From assembly GCA_017553325.1 (NCBI GenBank), contig JAFZMH010000007.1, forward strand, positions 32,751-96,750: a stretch of 64,000 nt of DNA, in the 5' to 3' direction. The DNA comes from Clostridia bacterium. GTDB lineage: Bacteria; Bacillota; Clostridia; Christensenellales; CAG-917. Positions 54,317 through 63,475 of this stretch are shown one piece after another; position 1 is the first letter of the stretch, and each line of letters starts with the position of its first letter. The notes below the pieces were generated by a model. It saw nothing but the letters and a program-made list of their open reading frames with translations. It was not told the origin of the DNA and ran no database searches. Position numbers and translations under genes: made by a program.

Positions 54317-54417
54317 AAAATGGTGAAAAAGTTGGCATAAAACATTGACTTTGCCGTGCGCGTGCAAGTATGCTGATAGCAGAATAAGTTGATTTTCAAC
54401 AATTTTCGGAGGAAAAA

Positions 54418-54906
54418 ATGAATAAAAATTGGAGCAACACGGCACTTGTTGCTTATTCTGCTTTGCCAAAAATCGTAAAAGAACTCGATTTTTCTCTTTC
54501 GCGACTCGTAAATTCGAGTTTTAAGAGCGTTCACCTAAAAAACGGAGTCAGCACTCTGCAATTAATTGGTGAAATTATGGACGTGACGGAAGAAAAAAGA
54601 AAAATCGTAAATTTGCGCTATATCGTTTCAACCGCTCTCGACAGGATGTCGGACTTCTCAAAACAAATCCTCGTGAACAAAATTATGAAGAAAATGACCT
54701 TCAAAGAAATATCCCTCGAACTCGATATGCCGATAAGGACGGTGTTTAGAAGATTTGAAGCCGCACAGGAAGAATTTGCGCACAATTTGAAAATCGCGGG
54801 TTTTGGTGAAAACTGGCTTGAAAACGAATACGGCGAGGACAAATTTATCGCGCCTATTCGCGAAAGGTTCCTCGCCGAAAAATATTTGAGTTCTAAGAGC
54901 CTATAA
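54418..54906 (+). CDS. Small sigma-70 region-4-like HTH protein (no region 2)
   Basis: 162 aa. MTFKEISLELDMPIRTVFRRFEAAQEEF HTH. RBS GGAGG. Confidence 0.6.
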   Translation: MNKNWSNTALVAYSALPKIVKELDFSLSRLVNSSFKSVHLKNGVSTLQLIGEIMDVTEEKRKIVNLRYIVSTALDRMSDFSKQILVNKIMKKMTFKEISLELDMPIRTVFRRFEAAQEEFAHNLKIAGFGENWLENEYGEDKFIAPIRERFLAEKYLSSKSL

Positions 54907-55653
54907 TCAGTAGGCGTTCTTTATCGTGACCGACAAGAACGGAGTGTAGTCAAAGAGATTCCACACGGACTCCTCGGGCGGATATACGCGGAAAACAAGC
55001 TCCTGTCCGCCGACGGGGTGCGCAAATCTGAGTTCCGTTGCCCACAGACAAAGAGGTGCGGACGGATACTTTCCGCTGCCGTAGCGCTTGTCACCGACGA
55101 TTGGGTTGCCCATATTTTGCATTTGCACGCGAATTTGATGTCCTCTGCCCGTCACGAGGTTGACGGATACGAGCGCAAAGTCTCCCTTCCCCTCAACCGT
55201 CTTCGTCGCAAGGACCTTGTAGTCGAGTTCGGCATACTTTGCTCCCTCGCTGAGCGCGGGGACGACCTTCACCATGTTCGTGTCAGGGAATTTTTTAAGA
55301 TAACAAGTGAGTTTGTCCGCCTTGTATCTCGGCACTCCTTCTAAAATTGCGAAGTATTTTTTGTCAACGTCACCGTTTTTGATGGCTTCCGAAAGCCTTG
55401 ACGCCGCTTTGGACGTTTTGGCAAACACCATAACCCCGCCCGTCGGTCTGTCGAGACGATGTACGAGCCCGAGATATGCGTCGCCGGGTTTGTTGTACTT
55501 TTCAACGAGATATTGCTTCAAGAGCGTGAGCATATCAACGTCTCCGCTCTCGTCCGCTTGACAAGGCACGTCAACCGGCTTTACGACAACCAAAATGTGA
55601 TTGTCCTCAAAAACTATCTGCAAATCTTTGTAAGTGATGTCTTTGTTTCCCAT
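54907..55653 (-). CDS. RluA-family pseudouridine synthase
   Basis: 248 aa. GLVHRLDRPTGGVMVFAKT catalytic Asp motif and GRGHQIRVQM. Confidence 0.88.
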   Translation of the reverse strand: MGNKDITYKDLQIVFEDNHILVVVKPVDVPCQADESGDVDMLTLLKQYLVEKYNKPGDAYLGLVHRLDRPTGGVMVFAKTSKAASRLSEAIKNGDVDKKYFAILEGVPRYKADKLTCYLKKFPDTNMVKVVPALSEGAKYAELDYKVLATKTVEGKGDFALVSVNLVTGRGHQIRVQMQNMGNPIVGDKRYGSGKYPSAPLCLWATELRFAHPVGGQELVFRVYPPEESVWNLFDYTPFLSVTIKNAY

Positions 55654-55701
55654 TTTTTACCATTTTTTTATCTAATCTATTTTTATATTAAACCCACAAA
55701 A

Positions 55702-55773
55702 CTGCTTGATTGAGATGAGTTTCGAGGAAGGTGCGCACGCAAACCTGACAAGGAAAACCGCTCAATCAAACTG
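55702..55773 (+). repeat. AYGAG-core structured intergenic element, copy B (short form)
   Basis: 9-bp closing helix ttgattgag (55706-14) / ctcaatcaa (55761-69). Core ATGAG-TTTC-GAGGAAG-[aggt...acct hairpin]-CTGACAAG-GAAA-ACCGC. The 3' arm contains the methyltransferase stop codon (55766-68). Confidence 0.78.
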
Positions 55774-56629
55774 TTTTGAACGTAGCAAAGGCAGTGCAAC
55801 CCTGCGGAAGAATCAGTCCTTCTTCAGTCTGTAAACCGATTTCGTCCGCGTCAATAACCGCGTTATTCGGCAAGGCGAGTTTCAATATGTTTGCCATAAC
55901 CGTAGGTTGCAGTCCCGTCGTATAACTGTTGAGGCACACGAACAGCGGATTGTCGCCAAGAAGCGATGATACAAGATTCATAAGTTCGCTTATTCCCTCT
56001 TCGATCTTCCACTTTTCACCGTTTGGACCTCTGCCGAAGGAGGGCGGGTCGAGGATTATCGCGTCGTAGTGTTTGCCACGTCTGATTTCTCTTTGGCAGA
56101 ATTTGAAGCAGTCGTCGACGATATATCTCATCTCTCTGTCTTCAAGTCCCGACAACCTGACGTTTTCGCCCGCGCGCTCGACCATCGCCTTCGCGCTGTC
56201 AACGTGGCACACGCTCGCACCCGCTTTAAGGCAGGCGACGGACGCCGCGCCCGTATAGCCGAACAGGTTGAGGACGCTGATTTTACGCCCCGCGGTTTCA
56301 ATGAGTTTCATCATTCTGTCCCAGTTGACAGCCTGCTCGGGGAAAAGTCCCGTATGTTTGAACCCCATGAGTTTGAGGGAGAACGTAAGGTCGCGCCAGC
56401 CGAGTTTAAACTCCGTATTGATGGGTTTTTGCCATTTCCACGCGCCACCGCCGGAAGAGCTGCGTTCGTACACCGCCGAGATGTTTTTGTTGCTTCTCAG
56501 CGGAGTTTTTGCGTGCCAAATTACCTGCGGGTCGGGACGCAGTAAAACGAGATCTCCCCATCTCTCGAGTTTTTCGCCGTCGCCGGTTGCGATGACGGAG
56601 TATTCTTTCCAATCGGGTGCGATTTTCAT
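55766..56629 (-). CDS. Class I SAM-dependent (rRNA large-subunit RlmI/RlmK-like) methyltransferase
   Basis: 287 aa. LNLFGYTGAASVA SAM-binding motif and ILDPPSFGRG. Confidence 0.75.
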   Translation of the reverse strand: MKIAPDWKEYSVIATGDGEKLERWGDLVLLRPDPQVIWHAKTPLRSNKNISAVYERSSSGGGAWKWQKPINTEFKLGWRDLTFSLKLMGFKHTGLFPEQAVNWDRMMKLIETAGRKISVLNLFGYTGAASVACLKAGASVCHVDSAKAMVERAGENVRLSGLEDREMRYIVDDCFKFCQREIRRGKHYDAIILDPPSFGRGPNGEKWKIEEGISELMNLVSSLLGDNPLFVCLNSYTTGLQPTVMANILKLALPNNAVIDADEIGLQTEEGLILPQGCTAFATFKTV

Positions 56630-56630
56630 A

Positions 56631-59600
56631 TTACACTTTCTTCACGGAAATAATCGTGTTGTATCCGTTTATGTCGAGTTCCTTCGTGTAGCCGTCGAGC
56701 GTCGTCGTGATACCGTCCGCAAGTACGTCGCCCAAGAAGTTTGCGTTTTCGAGCACTTGCTTTGCAAGTCCTTCCGCTTTATAGCCGACGATAATGTGAT
56801 CGGTCACTTCAAAGCCCGCCTCTTTGCGGAGGTTTTGAATTTTGCTGACGAGTTCTCGCTCCACGCCCTCTTCGATGAGGTCGTCGTTGAGCGCGGTGTC
56901 GAGCACGACGGTAGTCTCGCCGTCGCTCTCGCTTGAGAAGCCTTCTTTGTTCTTGACGTTGATGAGAAGGTCGCTCTCTTCAAGTTCGACGTCCTTGCCT
57001 TCGATGAGAGTTTTGAATGGATGACCGCTGTTTATTGCTGCGATAATATCGTTTGCCTTCTCTTGAAGCACGCTTCTTATCTTGCCCAGGAGCGCGCCGT
57101 ATTTCGGACCGAGCGTTTTGAGTTGCGGTTTGAGTTCGTAGGTGACGAATTCGTTCTCACCCGACGAGATTTCAACGTCTTTGACGTTGAGTTCGTCCTT
57201 CACGACGTCGCGGAGTTCTTTCGAGAGTTCGCGTCTGCCGTTGTACATAAGTCTGCGAAGCGGTTGACGATTCTTGATATTCGCCTTGTTTCTCGCGGCG
57301 CGCCCGAGGACTACTACGTTCAAAACGTCTCTCATTCCGTCCTCCAAAAACTCGTCTATATACTTCTTGTCAGCCTTCGGAAAATCGCAGAGATGCACGC
57401 TTTCGGGGGCGTTTTTGTCAAAGTTTCTCACGAGGTTTTGATACATCGCTTCCGCAAGGAACGGAGTGTACGGAGCAAGCAGTTTGGAGAGCGTTACGAG
57501 CACGGTATAGAGCGTCGTATACGCCGCCGCTTTCGACCTGGTCATCGCGCTGCCCCAGAACCTGTCGCGGCTTCTTCTGACGTACCAGTTGGAGAGGTTG
57601 TCGACAAACTCCTGTATCGCCCTCGACGTCTCGGTGATTTTGTACTCTTTGAGCCCGTTGTCAACCGTGTTTATAAGGCTGTTGAGCGATGACAGTATCC
57701 ATCTGTCCATAACGTTCAACTGTTGCTTGTCAAGGTCGTATTTCGTCGGGTCGTATTTGTCGATTTCGGCATACAAAACGAAGAACGCGTAGGTGTTCCA
57801 AAGCGTACCCATAAACTTGCGTTGCGCCTCGCTGACGTTGTCCGCTGAAAAACGCGACGGGAGCCACGGAGCCGACGCGGTGTAGAAATACCATCTCGTT
57901 GCGTCCGCACCCTGCTTATCAAGCACCGTCCACGGGTCGACGACGTTGCCCTTGTGCTTGGACATCTTTATTCCGTCCTTGTCGTTGACGTGTCCAAGAA
58001 CTATACAGTTCTTGAAAGGCGCTTTGCCAAACAATACGGTGCTGACCGCAAGAAGCGTATAGAACCAACCGCGCGTCTGGTCGATAGCCTCGGAAATGAA
58101 GTTCGCGGGGAAAACCTCGTCGAAAATATCCTTGTTTTCAAACGGATAATGCCACTGCGCAAAAGGCATAGAACCGCTGTCGAACCAGCAGTCCAAAACC
58201 TCGGGCGTCCTCTCCATCTCTCCACCGCACTCGCACTGCCACTTGACCTCGTCGATGTATGGTCTGTGGAGTTCTATATCGCGGTCGAGATTGCCGAGTT
58301 TTCTGAGTTCCTCCTTAGAGCCGACGACGTGGAGTTTTCCACACTTTTGGCACACCCAAATAGGGAGCGGAGTGCCCCAATATCTCTCACGGGAGATGCC
58401 CCAGTCGATGACGTTTTCAAGGAAGTTGCCCATACGCCCCGTTTTGATGGTCTCAGGCATCCAGTTTACCGAGTTGTTTGAGGCAAGCAAATTCTCTTTG
58501 ACCGCAGTCATCTTGACAAACCAAGAACTGCGCGCGTAGTAAAGCAGAGGTGTGTCGCAACGCCAGCAGAAAGGATAACTGTGCGTAAACTTCATAGCCT
58601 TGAAAAGTTTGCCTTCCGCTTTCAATTTTTCGATAATATGCTTGTCTGCGTCCTTGCAGAACATCCCCGCAAAGTCCGTGACTGCGTCACGGAATCTGCC
58701 TCTGTCGTCCACCATTTGAACGAAAGGAAGTCCGTATTTCTTGCCGACCTTGCTGTCGTCCTCGCCGAACGCTGGCGCGATATGAACGATACCCGTGCCG
58801 TCCGTCAAAGTGACGTAGCCGTCGTTGGTGATATAATACGCTTTTTCCTTCGCGCCTGTTTCGTAAGTAAAAAGCGGTTCGTACTCTACGCGTTCGTAGG
58901 CACTGCCCTTTTTGACGCTGACCTTTTCGTAGCATCCTGCTTCAAAAAGCGTTTCGACAAGCGCGTCCGCGAGTATATAATATTCGCCGTTCACTTTGAC
59001 CTTTGCGTAATTCTCTTTGCCGTTCATACAGAGCGCGACGTTGGAAGGAAGCGTCCAAGGCGTCGTCGTCCAAGCGACGAAATAGGTGTTTTCCTCGCCT
59101 TTGACCTTGAATTTGACGAATACGGAAGTCTCCTCCACGTCCTTGTAGCCCTGCGCAACTTCGTGAGACGATAAAGCCGTCCCGCAACGCGGACAATAAG
59201 GCACGATCTTGTAGCCTTTGTAAATCAAACCCTTTTTGTGCATCTCGGAAAGCGCCCACCAAACTGACTCGATATAGTTGTCGTCATAGGTGATATACGG
59301 GTGCTCCATATCCGCCCAATAGCCAATGCGATCGGACATCTTGTGCCACTCGTCCGTGTATTTCCACACAGACTCCTTGCACTTTTTGATGAAAGGCTCA
59401 ATGCCGTATTTTTCTATCTCCTGCTTGCCGTCAATGCCGAGGAGTTTTTCCACTTCGAGTTCGACGGGCAGACCGTGAGTGTCCCACCCCGCTTTTCTCA
59501 AAACGTGATAACCTTTCATCGTCTTGTAGCGAGGAATGATGTCCTTCATAACACGGGTGAGAATATGCCCGATGTGAGGTTTGCCGTTTGCAGTCGGCGG

Positions 59601-59738
59601 TCCGTCGAAAAAGCTGAATTCCGGCTTGCCTACGTTCTTTTCGACGCTCTTTTCAAAGATACGATTCTCTTTCCAAAATTCGAGGACTTCCTTTTCTCTG
59701 TCCACGAAATTGAGAGTTGTGTCAACTGGTTTGTACAT
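56631..59738 (-). CDS. ileS: Isoleucine--tRNA ligase, type 2 (long, eukaryote-like form)
   Basis: 1035 aa. HIGH motif PTANGKPHIGH, KMSKS motif KMSKHKGN, CP1 editing domain. RBS AAGGAAG. Confidence 0.95.
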   Translation of the reverse strand: MYKPVDTTLNFVDREKEVLEFWKENRIFEKSVEKNVGKPEFSFFDGPPTANGKPHIGHILTRVMKDIIPRYKTMKGYHVLRKAGWDTHGLPVELEVEKLLGIDGKQEIEKYGIEPFIKKCKESVWKYTDEWHKMSDRIGYWADMEHPYITYDDNYIESVWWALSEMHKKGLIYKGYKIVPYCPRCGTALSSHEVAQGYKDVEETSVFVKFKVKGEENTYFVAWTTTPWTLPSNVALCMNGKENYAKVKVNGEYYILADALVETLFEAGCYEKVSVKKGSAYERVEYEPLFTYETGAKEKAYYITNDGYVTLTDGTGIVHIAPAFGEDDSKVGKKYGLPFVQMVDDRGRFRDAVTDFAGMFCKDADKHIIEKLKAEGKLFKAMKFTHSYPFCWRCDTPLLYYARSSWFVKMTAVKENLLASNNSVNWMPETIKTGRMGNFLENVIDWGISRERYWGTPLPIWVCQKCGKLHVVGSKEELRKLGNLDRDIELHRPYIDEVKWQCECGGEMERTPEVLDCWFDSGSMPFAQWHYPFENKDIFDEVFPANFISEAIDQTRGWFYTLLAVSTVLFGKAPFKNCIVLGHVNDKDGIKMSKHKGNVVDPWTVLDKQGADATRWYFYTASAPWLPSRFSADNVSEAQRKFMGTLWNTYAFFVLYAEIDKYDPTKYDLDKQQLNVMDRWILSSLNSLINTVDNGLKEYKITETSRAIQEFVDNLSNWYVRRSRDRFWGSAMTRSKAAAYTTLYTVLVTLSKLLAPYTPFLAEAMYQNLVRNFDKNAPESVHLCDFPKADKKYIDEFLEDGMRDVLNVVVLGRAARNKANIKNRQPLRRLMYNGRRELSKELRDVVKDELNVKDVEISSGENEFVTYELKPQLKTLGPKYGALLGKIRSVLQEKANDIIAAINSGHPFKTLIEGKDVELEESDLLINVKNKEGFSSESDGETTVVLDTALNDDLIEEGVERELVSKIQNLRKEAGFEVTDHIIVGYKAEGLAKQVLENANFLGDVLADGITTTLDGYTKELDINGYNTIISVKKV

Positions 59739-59840
59739 AAAAACTTCCTTTATACGCTCGTGCGACGTCGCGCACGAAATAAACTAAGTTTAAATTATAA
59801 AGCAAATTCAAAAAAAAGACAAGCAAATAACACAATATGA

Positions 59841-59869
59841 AAAAATAAACCGAAATTCGGTTTATTTTT
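59841..59869. terminator. Bidirectional AT-flanked terminator after the serpin gene
   Basis: aaaaataaaccgaa-a-ttcggtttattttt perfect palindrome. Confidence 0.7.
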
Positions 59870-59895
59870 GACTTATTTTACGATTGAAATAAAAC

Positions 59896-61215
59896 TCAGG
59901 GGTTGCCAACTATTCCCATAAACAACGGGAGTCCGTCAATGCCGTTGACGACGAATATAAACGGACGATTGACGACAAAATTCACCGTCTCTTCTATCGG
60001 CATAGCGGTGTTCTCAGCATAAACGATAGTATATGCTGCGGCTTCGCATCCCTCTTCGTCGGTCTTGACGCGCACGGCTTGCAAAACATCGCTGACGTAT
60101 GCGGGCGTATTCCCCGTGAGCCTTGTGAAATCCGCCTCGTCGGCGTCGAATGCCGAAGTCATACCGAGCGCCTTCAAACCTTTTTTCAAATCGGTTTTGC
60201 CGGAGACGTCAAACTTGGGCAAAGAAATATTTACGTTAAGGTATGAAACACCGACGTCGCTCCTGTCGCCGTACATCAAGTTTTGCGCGGTTGCGTCCGA
60301 CAATAATTCGTGAGGGGTGACGCCTTCGTCCGGCAAAATAATCGACATCGAACCGGCGTTTCTAAAGGACAAATCAACGGCGGAAAACTTGTCCGCATAG
60401 TAATATGCACCCCTGAAACCATTGTGCATAAAGTCTGCTTGTTTTTCACTGCCGTTTGCAAGATAAAACGGCTCTTTTCGTGTATCTAACTCGCTGAATT
60501 GCGCTTCCCACCTTGCGTTGAAATATATTGCGGAGACGAGCGCGAAGAGCGTTGAGCCTGAAAACTTTTCGTCATTGACGTAATCTTTCAAAAAGTTTTT
60601 CGTCATGGCGTTGAGCCACCCTCTGAGGGCTTCGTTGAACTTCTCTTCTCCCATTTTCCCTCTGAAGGTCGAAGCGTAATAATCGTTTGCGAGTAAGTCG
60701 CAAACGTTCTTGTCGAACCCACACGATTCGTTCAGCCAAAGCGAATTTGCCATAAGGCTCGTCACCGTCCCGTCGTCGACGTAGTTGGCGTTCCAAGCAG
60801 AATTGACCTTCTGCCTCAATGTCTCGACGTTTTCCGCGCCGAGCACGTTCAATATCTGCGTTCTCGTCTCGCCTTTTGCGGTCTCCGCAAGCATTGCAAG
60901 AGCAAAATACAGGCTTAATGGAGCGTAGAGTTCGTTTGCATCTTCCCCCGACAAAAACATACTTGCCGACGAGGAGAAAAACCTCTCCATACCGTCCTTG
61001 TACCCTGCGGGTTGGTCTATTTGTCTGTTTCTGTCATTCCGCCACTCGCTGTAGTTATTCTCACTGAATTTCGTCATTTGCGGGAAACTCGCCTGAGAGA
61101 CGGCGTAAGCGGTATACGTGTTATTTTTGTCCTTTTTTCCGCAACCGAAAAACGCAAGCGTAAGCACGCACGCCAACAAAACGATACAAACGATTTTTAC
61201 GGAAAGTTTTTTCAT
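59896..61215 (-). CDS. Serpin-family lipoprotein (predicted inhibitory)
   Basis: Start trimmed to ATG 61215 (RBS GAGGTGG). Lipobox LAFFGC. Hinge EEGCEAAAYT resembles the inhibitory-serpin EEGTEAAAAT. C-terminal VVNRPFIFVV...PLFMGIVGNP serpin signature. Confidence 0.8.
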   Translation of the reverse strand: MKKLSVKIVCIVLLACVLTLAFFGCGKKDKNNTYTAYAVSQASFPQMTKFSENNYSEWRNDRNRQIDQPAGYKDGMERFFSSSASMFLSGEDANELYAPLSLYFALAMLAETAKGETRTQILNVLGAENVETLRQKVNSAWNANYVDDGTVTSLMANSLWLNESCGFDKNVCDLLANDYYASTFRGKMGEEKFNEALRGWLNAMTKNFLKDYVNDEKFSGSTLFALVSAIYFNARWEAQFSELDTRKEPFYLANGSEKQADFMHNGFRGAYYYADKFSAVDLSFRNAGSMSIILPDEGVTPHELLSDATAQNLMYGDRSDVGVSYLNVNISLPKFDVSGKTDLKKGLKALGMTSAFDADEADFTRLTGNTPAYVSDVLQAVRVKTDEEGCEAAAYTIVYAENTAMPIEETVNFVVNRPFIFVVNGIDGLPLFMGIVGNP

Positions 61216-61330
61216 ATCCACCTCGTTTATGCAAAGCATAAAACTCTACAGTTTTCTTATAACACTCAATCGTTATTTTGTCAACAGTTAAAACATTCTT
61301 GTAGCACAGCAAAATCATTTGAAAAAACGT

Positions 61331-61358
61331 TTGACACAAATCTATTTTTGTGTATAAT
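61331..61358 (+). promoter_or_regulatory. rpsU promoter (TTGACA-16-TATAAT, TGn-extended)
   Basis: TTGACA at 61331-36, TGTGTATAAT ending at 61358. Confidence 0.7.
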
Positions 61359-61391
61359 GATAAAGTACGAAATTTCGAGGAGGTGAATTCA

Positions 61392-61571
61392 ATGTCAACA
61401 GTCAAAGTCGGTGAAAATGAAAGCTTGGACAACGCTATCCGTCGTTTCAAGAGAAAATGCGCCCGTGACGGTATCATCGGTGACCTCCGCAAGAAAGAGG
61501 CTTACGAAAAACCGTCCGTAAAACGCAAAAAGAAAGCGGAAGCAGCACGTAAGAGAATGTACAAATCATAA
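61392..61571 (+). CDS. rpsU: 30S ribosomal protein S21
   Basis: Start trimmed to ATG 61392 (RBS GAGGAGG). [28 protein letters not shown]. Confidence 0.95.
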   Translation: MSTVKVGENESLDNAIRRFKRKCARDGIIGDLRKKEAYEKPSVKRKKKAEAARKRMYKS

Positions 61572-61613
61572 TCTGAAACAAATTGCCATCCGTTTTGGAT
61601 GGCAAAAATTTAT

Positions 61614-61690
61614 GGAGGCATGGCTCAGTTGGTTAGAGCACACGGTTCACATCCGTGAGGTCGTTGGTTCGAGTCCAACTGTCTCCACCA
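61614..61690 (+). tRNA. tRNA-Val (anticodon CAC)
   Basis: Cloverleaf by hand: acceptor GGAGGCA/TGTCTCC, D arm GCTC...GAGC, anticodon stem CACGG/CCGTG with loop TTCACAT, T arm GTTGG-TTCGAGT-CCAAC, encoded CCA. Confidence 0.88.
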
Positions 61691-61698
61691 AATCTTAC

Positions 61699-61728
61699 GC
61701 ATCACCCGTTAACGAGTGATGCTTTTTT
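61699..61728 (+). terminator. tRNA-Val terminator
   Basis: gcatcac...gtgatgc stem followed by T6. Confidence 0.8.
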
Positions 61729-61781
61729 GTTTGCCACAGTTTTTGTTTACAAAATAACCGTCAAATAGTTATTTAAATTTA

Positions 61782-61811
61782 AAAGGCCCCGTGATATACG
61801 GAGCCTTTTTT
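61782..61811. terminator. Bidirectional terminator after the YjbR-like gene
   Basis: aaaaggc(c)ccg-tgatata-cgg(a)gcctttttt. Confidence 0.7.
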
Positions 61812-61826
61812 ATGTATCAAAAACTA

Positions 61827-62969
61827 TTACTTATTCAACAAAATGACGTCGTCTAGGAGTTTGTGCACTTCGTCGTCGCTGAAGGAGTCGTCAAGAAGCA
61901 CCATATGCCATGCTTCTTTTGCCTTTGGAAATGCGCTCTTGTTGACGTTTGCGTGATTCTCTTTGAGACCTTTTGCAAAATCTTCGTTTGCCTTAATGAG
62001 GAGCATCATAGAGCCGTCCGTCTCATAGACGTAGACAAAACATACGTTCTTGCCTTTTGCGTCCTTTACATAGTGAGTATCCGCAAGCGGAAGACCTGTC
62101 GAGGTGTAGTTTTCACGCGTGTTGATTTCGACCTCGTCACCGTATTTGCCGGAAAGATAATCGCAAATCGTTTTCTTGCTTTGAGCGTGAGCGCTCTTCA
62201 CCGTCTTTGCGAGCGCGAGACTCTCCTTCAATGAGAGACCGTCCGCCTTATCCTTTCCGCCCGCGTGCTTGAAGCAACGGTCAAGGATGTCTTGGACTTC
62301 TTCTTCGGTGTAGGTATCGTCAAGAGCGACGCTGTACCATTGATCCTTGGACTTCGGGAACGCGCTCTTGTGGACGTTGCCGTGTTTATGATTGAGTTCG
62401 TCGGCTAGTTTCTCATCGGAGTTGATGAGGAGCATAGACGTCTCTTCGAGTTCGTAGACGTAGACGAAGCATTTTTTCTTCTTGTCGTTCACCGCGTAGT
62501 GCGTATCTGCAAGCGGAAGTCCCGTGGACGTGAAGTTTTCACGACGATTGGTCTCCGCGTTGTCTTCGTGCTTCTCTTCTAGATAGTCCGCGCAGAATTT
62601 CTTGCCTATCGTTGATTTGTGTCCTGCGTTGTGTCTTGCAACCGCCATGCTCTGTTTCAAAGTGACGGGCTCCTCGACCTTGACGTCTTCGACGGTTTCG
62701 AGTTCCTCAACGGGTTCTTCCTCGTTTTCGAGTTCCTCTTCCTGCGCGCGCTCGTCCGCCTCTTCAACCGTCTCCTTGACGGGGGCTTTCTTGGGCTCTT
62801 CCTTGACGGGAGCCGGCGCCGGCTTCACTTCTTTGACGGGTTGCGGTTTTACAACAGGTTCATCGTCGTCGGCGATGCAAACGTAGTTTCTTGCGTCATC
62901 CGACACTACGACTTTTGCTCTTTTTGGTTTTTGTTCGCTTTGTTGATTTTTTTTGGAAAATAAAGCCAT
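61827..62969 (-). CDS. Protein with K/E/P-rich N-terminal region and two tandem YjbR/MmcQ-like domains
   Basis: 380 aa. Internal duplication of about 130 aa (NRRENFTSTGLPLADTHY...CFVYVYE...HGNVHKSAFPKSKDQWYSVALDD versus NTRENYTSTGLPLADTHY...CFVYVYE...HANVNKSAFPKAKEAWHMVLLDD). Confidence 0.6.
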   Translation of the reverse strand: MALFSKKNQQSEQKPKRAKVVVSDDARNYVCIADDDEPVVKPQPVKEVKPAPAPVKEEPKKAPVKETVEEADERAQEEELENEEEPVEELETVEDVKVEEPVTLKQSMAVARHNAGHKSTIGKKFCADYLEEKHEDNAETNRRENFTSTGLPLADTHYAVNDKKKKCFVYVYELEETSMLLINSDEKLADELNHKHGNVHKSAFPKSKDQWYSVALDDTYTEEEVQDILDRCFKHAGGKDKADGLSLKESLALAKTVKSAHAQSKKTICDYLSGKYGDEVEINTRENYTSTGLPLADTHYVKDAKGKNVCFVYVYETDGSMMLLIKANEDFAKGLKENHANVNKSAFPKAKEAWHMVLLDDSFSDDEVHKLLDDVILLNK

Positions 62970-63065
62970 AATTCCACCTTCCTTTGCAACTATATTAAAA
63001 CAAAATATGTTTTAAGTCAATAGTCGACAGACTATCTTTTCGTTTTTTTTCGACAAAAAATTCAC

Positions 63066-63413
63066 TCAACCCATCTTGTCGTCGAGATGCTTTCCGCCAA
63101 GCACGTGTATATGCAGATGTCCAACGGATTGGCAACCGTTTTCGCCCTTGTTTGACACGAGTCTGAAACCGTCTTGCAGTCCCAAATCGTCAACGAGCGT
63201 CGAAAGCTTTTTGATGCACTTGGCAAGCGTTGCGGCTTGCGCGTCCGTCATTTCGACGATGTTTGCGTAGTGGTCTTTCGGGATGAGCAAGAGATGCACG
63301 GGGGCTTGAGGGTTCAAGTCCTTGATTATGAGCATATCGTCGTCTTCGTACACTTTGTTCGAGGGAATTTCTCCCTTTGCTATCTTGCAAAAAATACAAT
63401 CGTCTCTAAGCAT
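63066..63413 (-). CDS. HIT-family (histidine triad) nucleotide-binding protein
   Basis: 115 aa. CIFCKI and HLHIHVLGG motifs. Confidence 0.92.
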   Translation of the reverse strand: MLRDDCIFCKIAKGEIPSNKVYEDDDMLIIKDLNPQAPVHLLLIPKDHYANIVEMTDAQAATLAKCIKKLSTLVDDLGLQDGFRLVSNKGENGCQSVGHLHIHVLGGKHLDDKMG

Positions 63414-63475
63414 AATTTCACCTTATATAGTATTGAATTGATTTTCCATAAACGCGTGATACGCTATACCGTATC

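Noticed and set aside
59739-59895. T-box leader upstream of ileS.
   Set aside because: The region is too short, and I could find no specifier loop or T-box consensus (AAnnnGGGTGGTACCGCG).
61583-61606. Hairpin ttgccatcc-gtttt-ggatggcaa between rpsU and tRNA-Val, considered as a terminator.
   Set aside because: It is followed by AAAATTT rather than a U-run, and the tRNA starts 8 nt later. It is more likely a processing or partial-attenuation structure within an rpsU-tRNA co-transcript.
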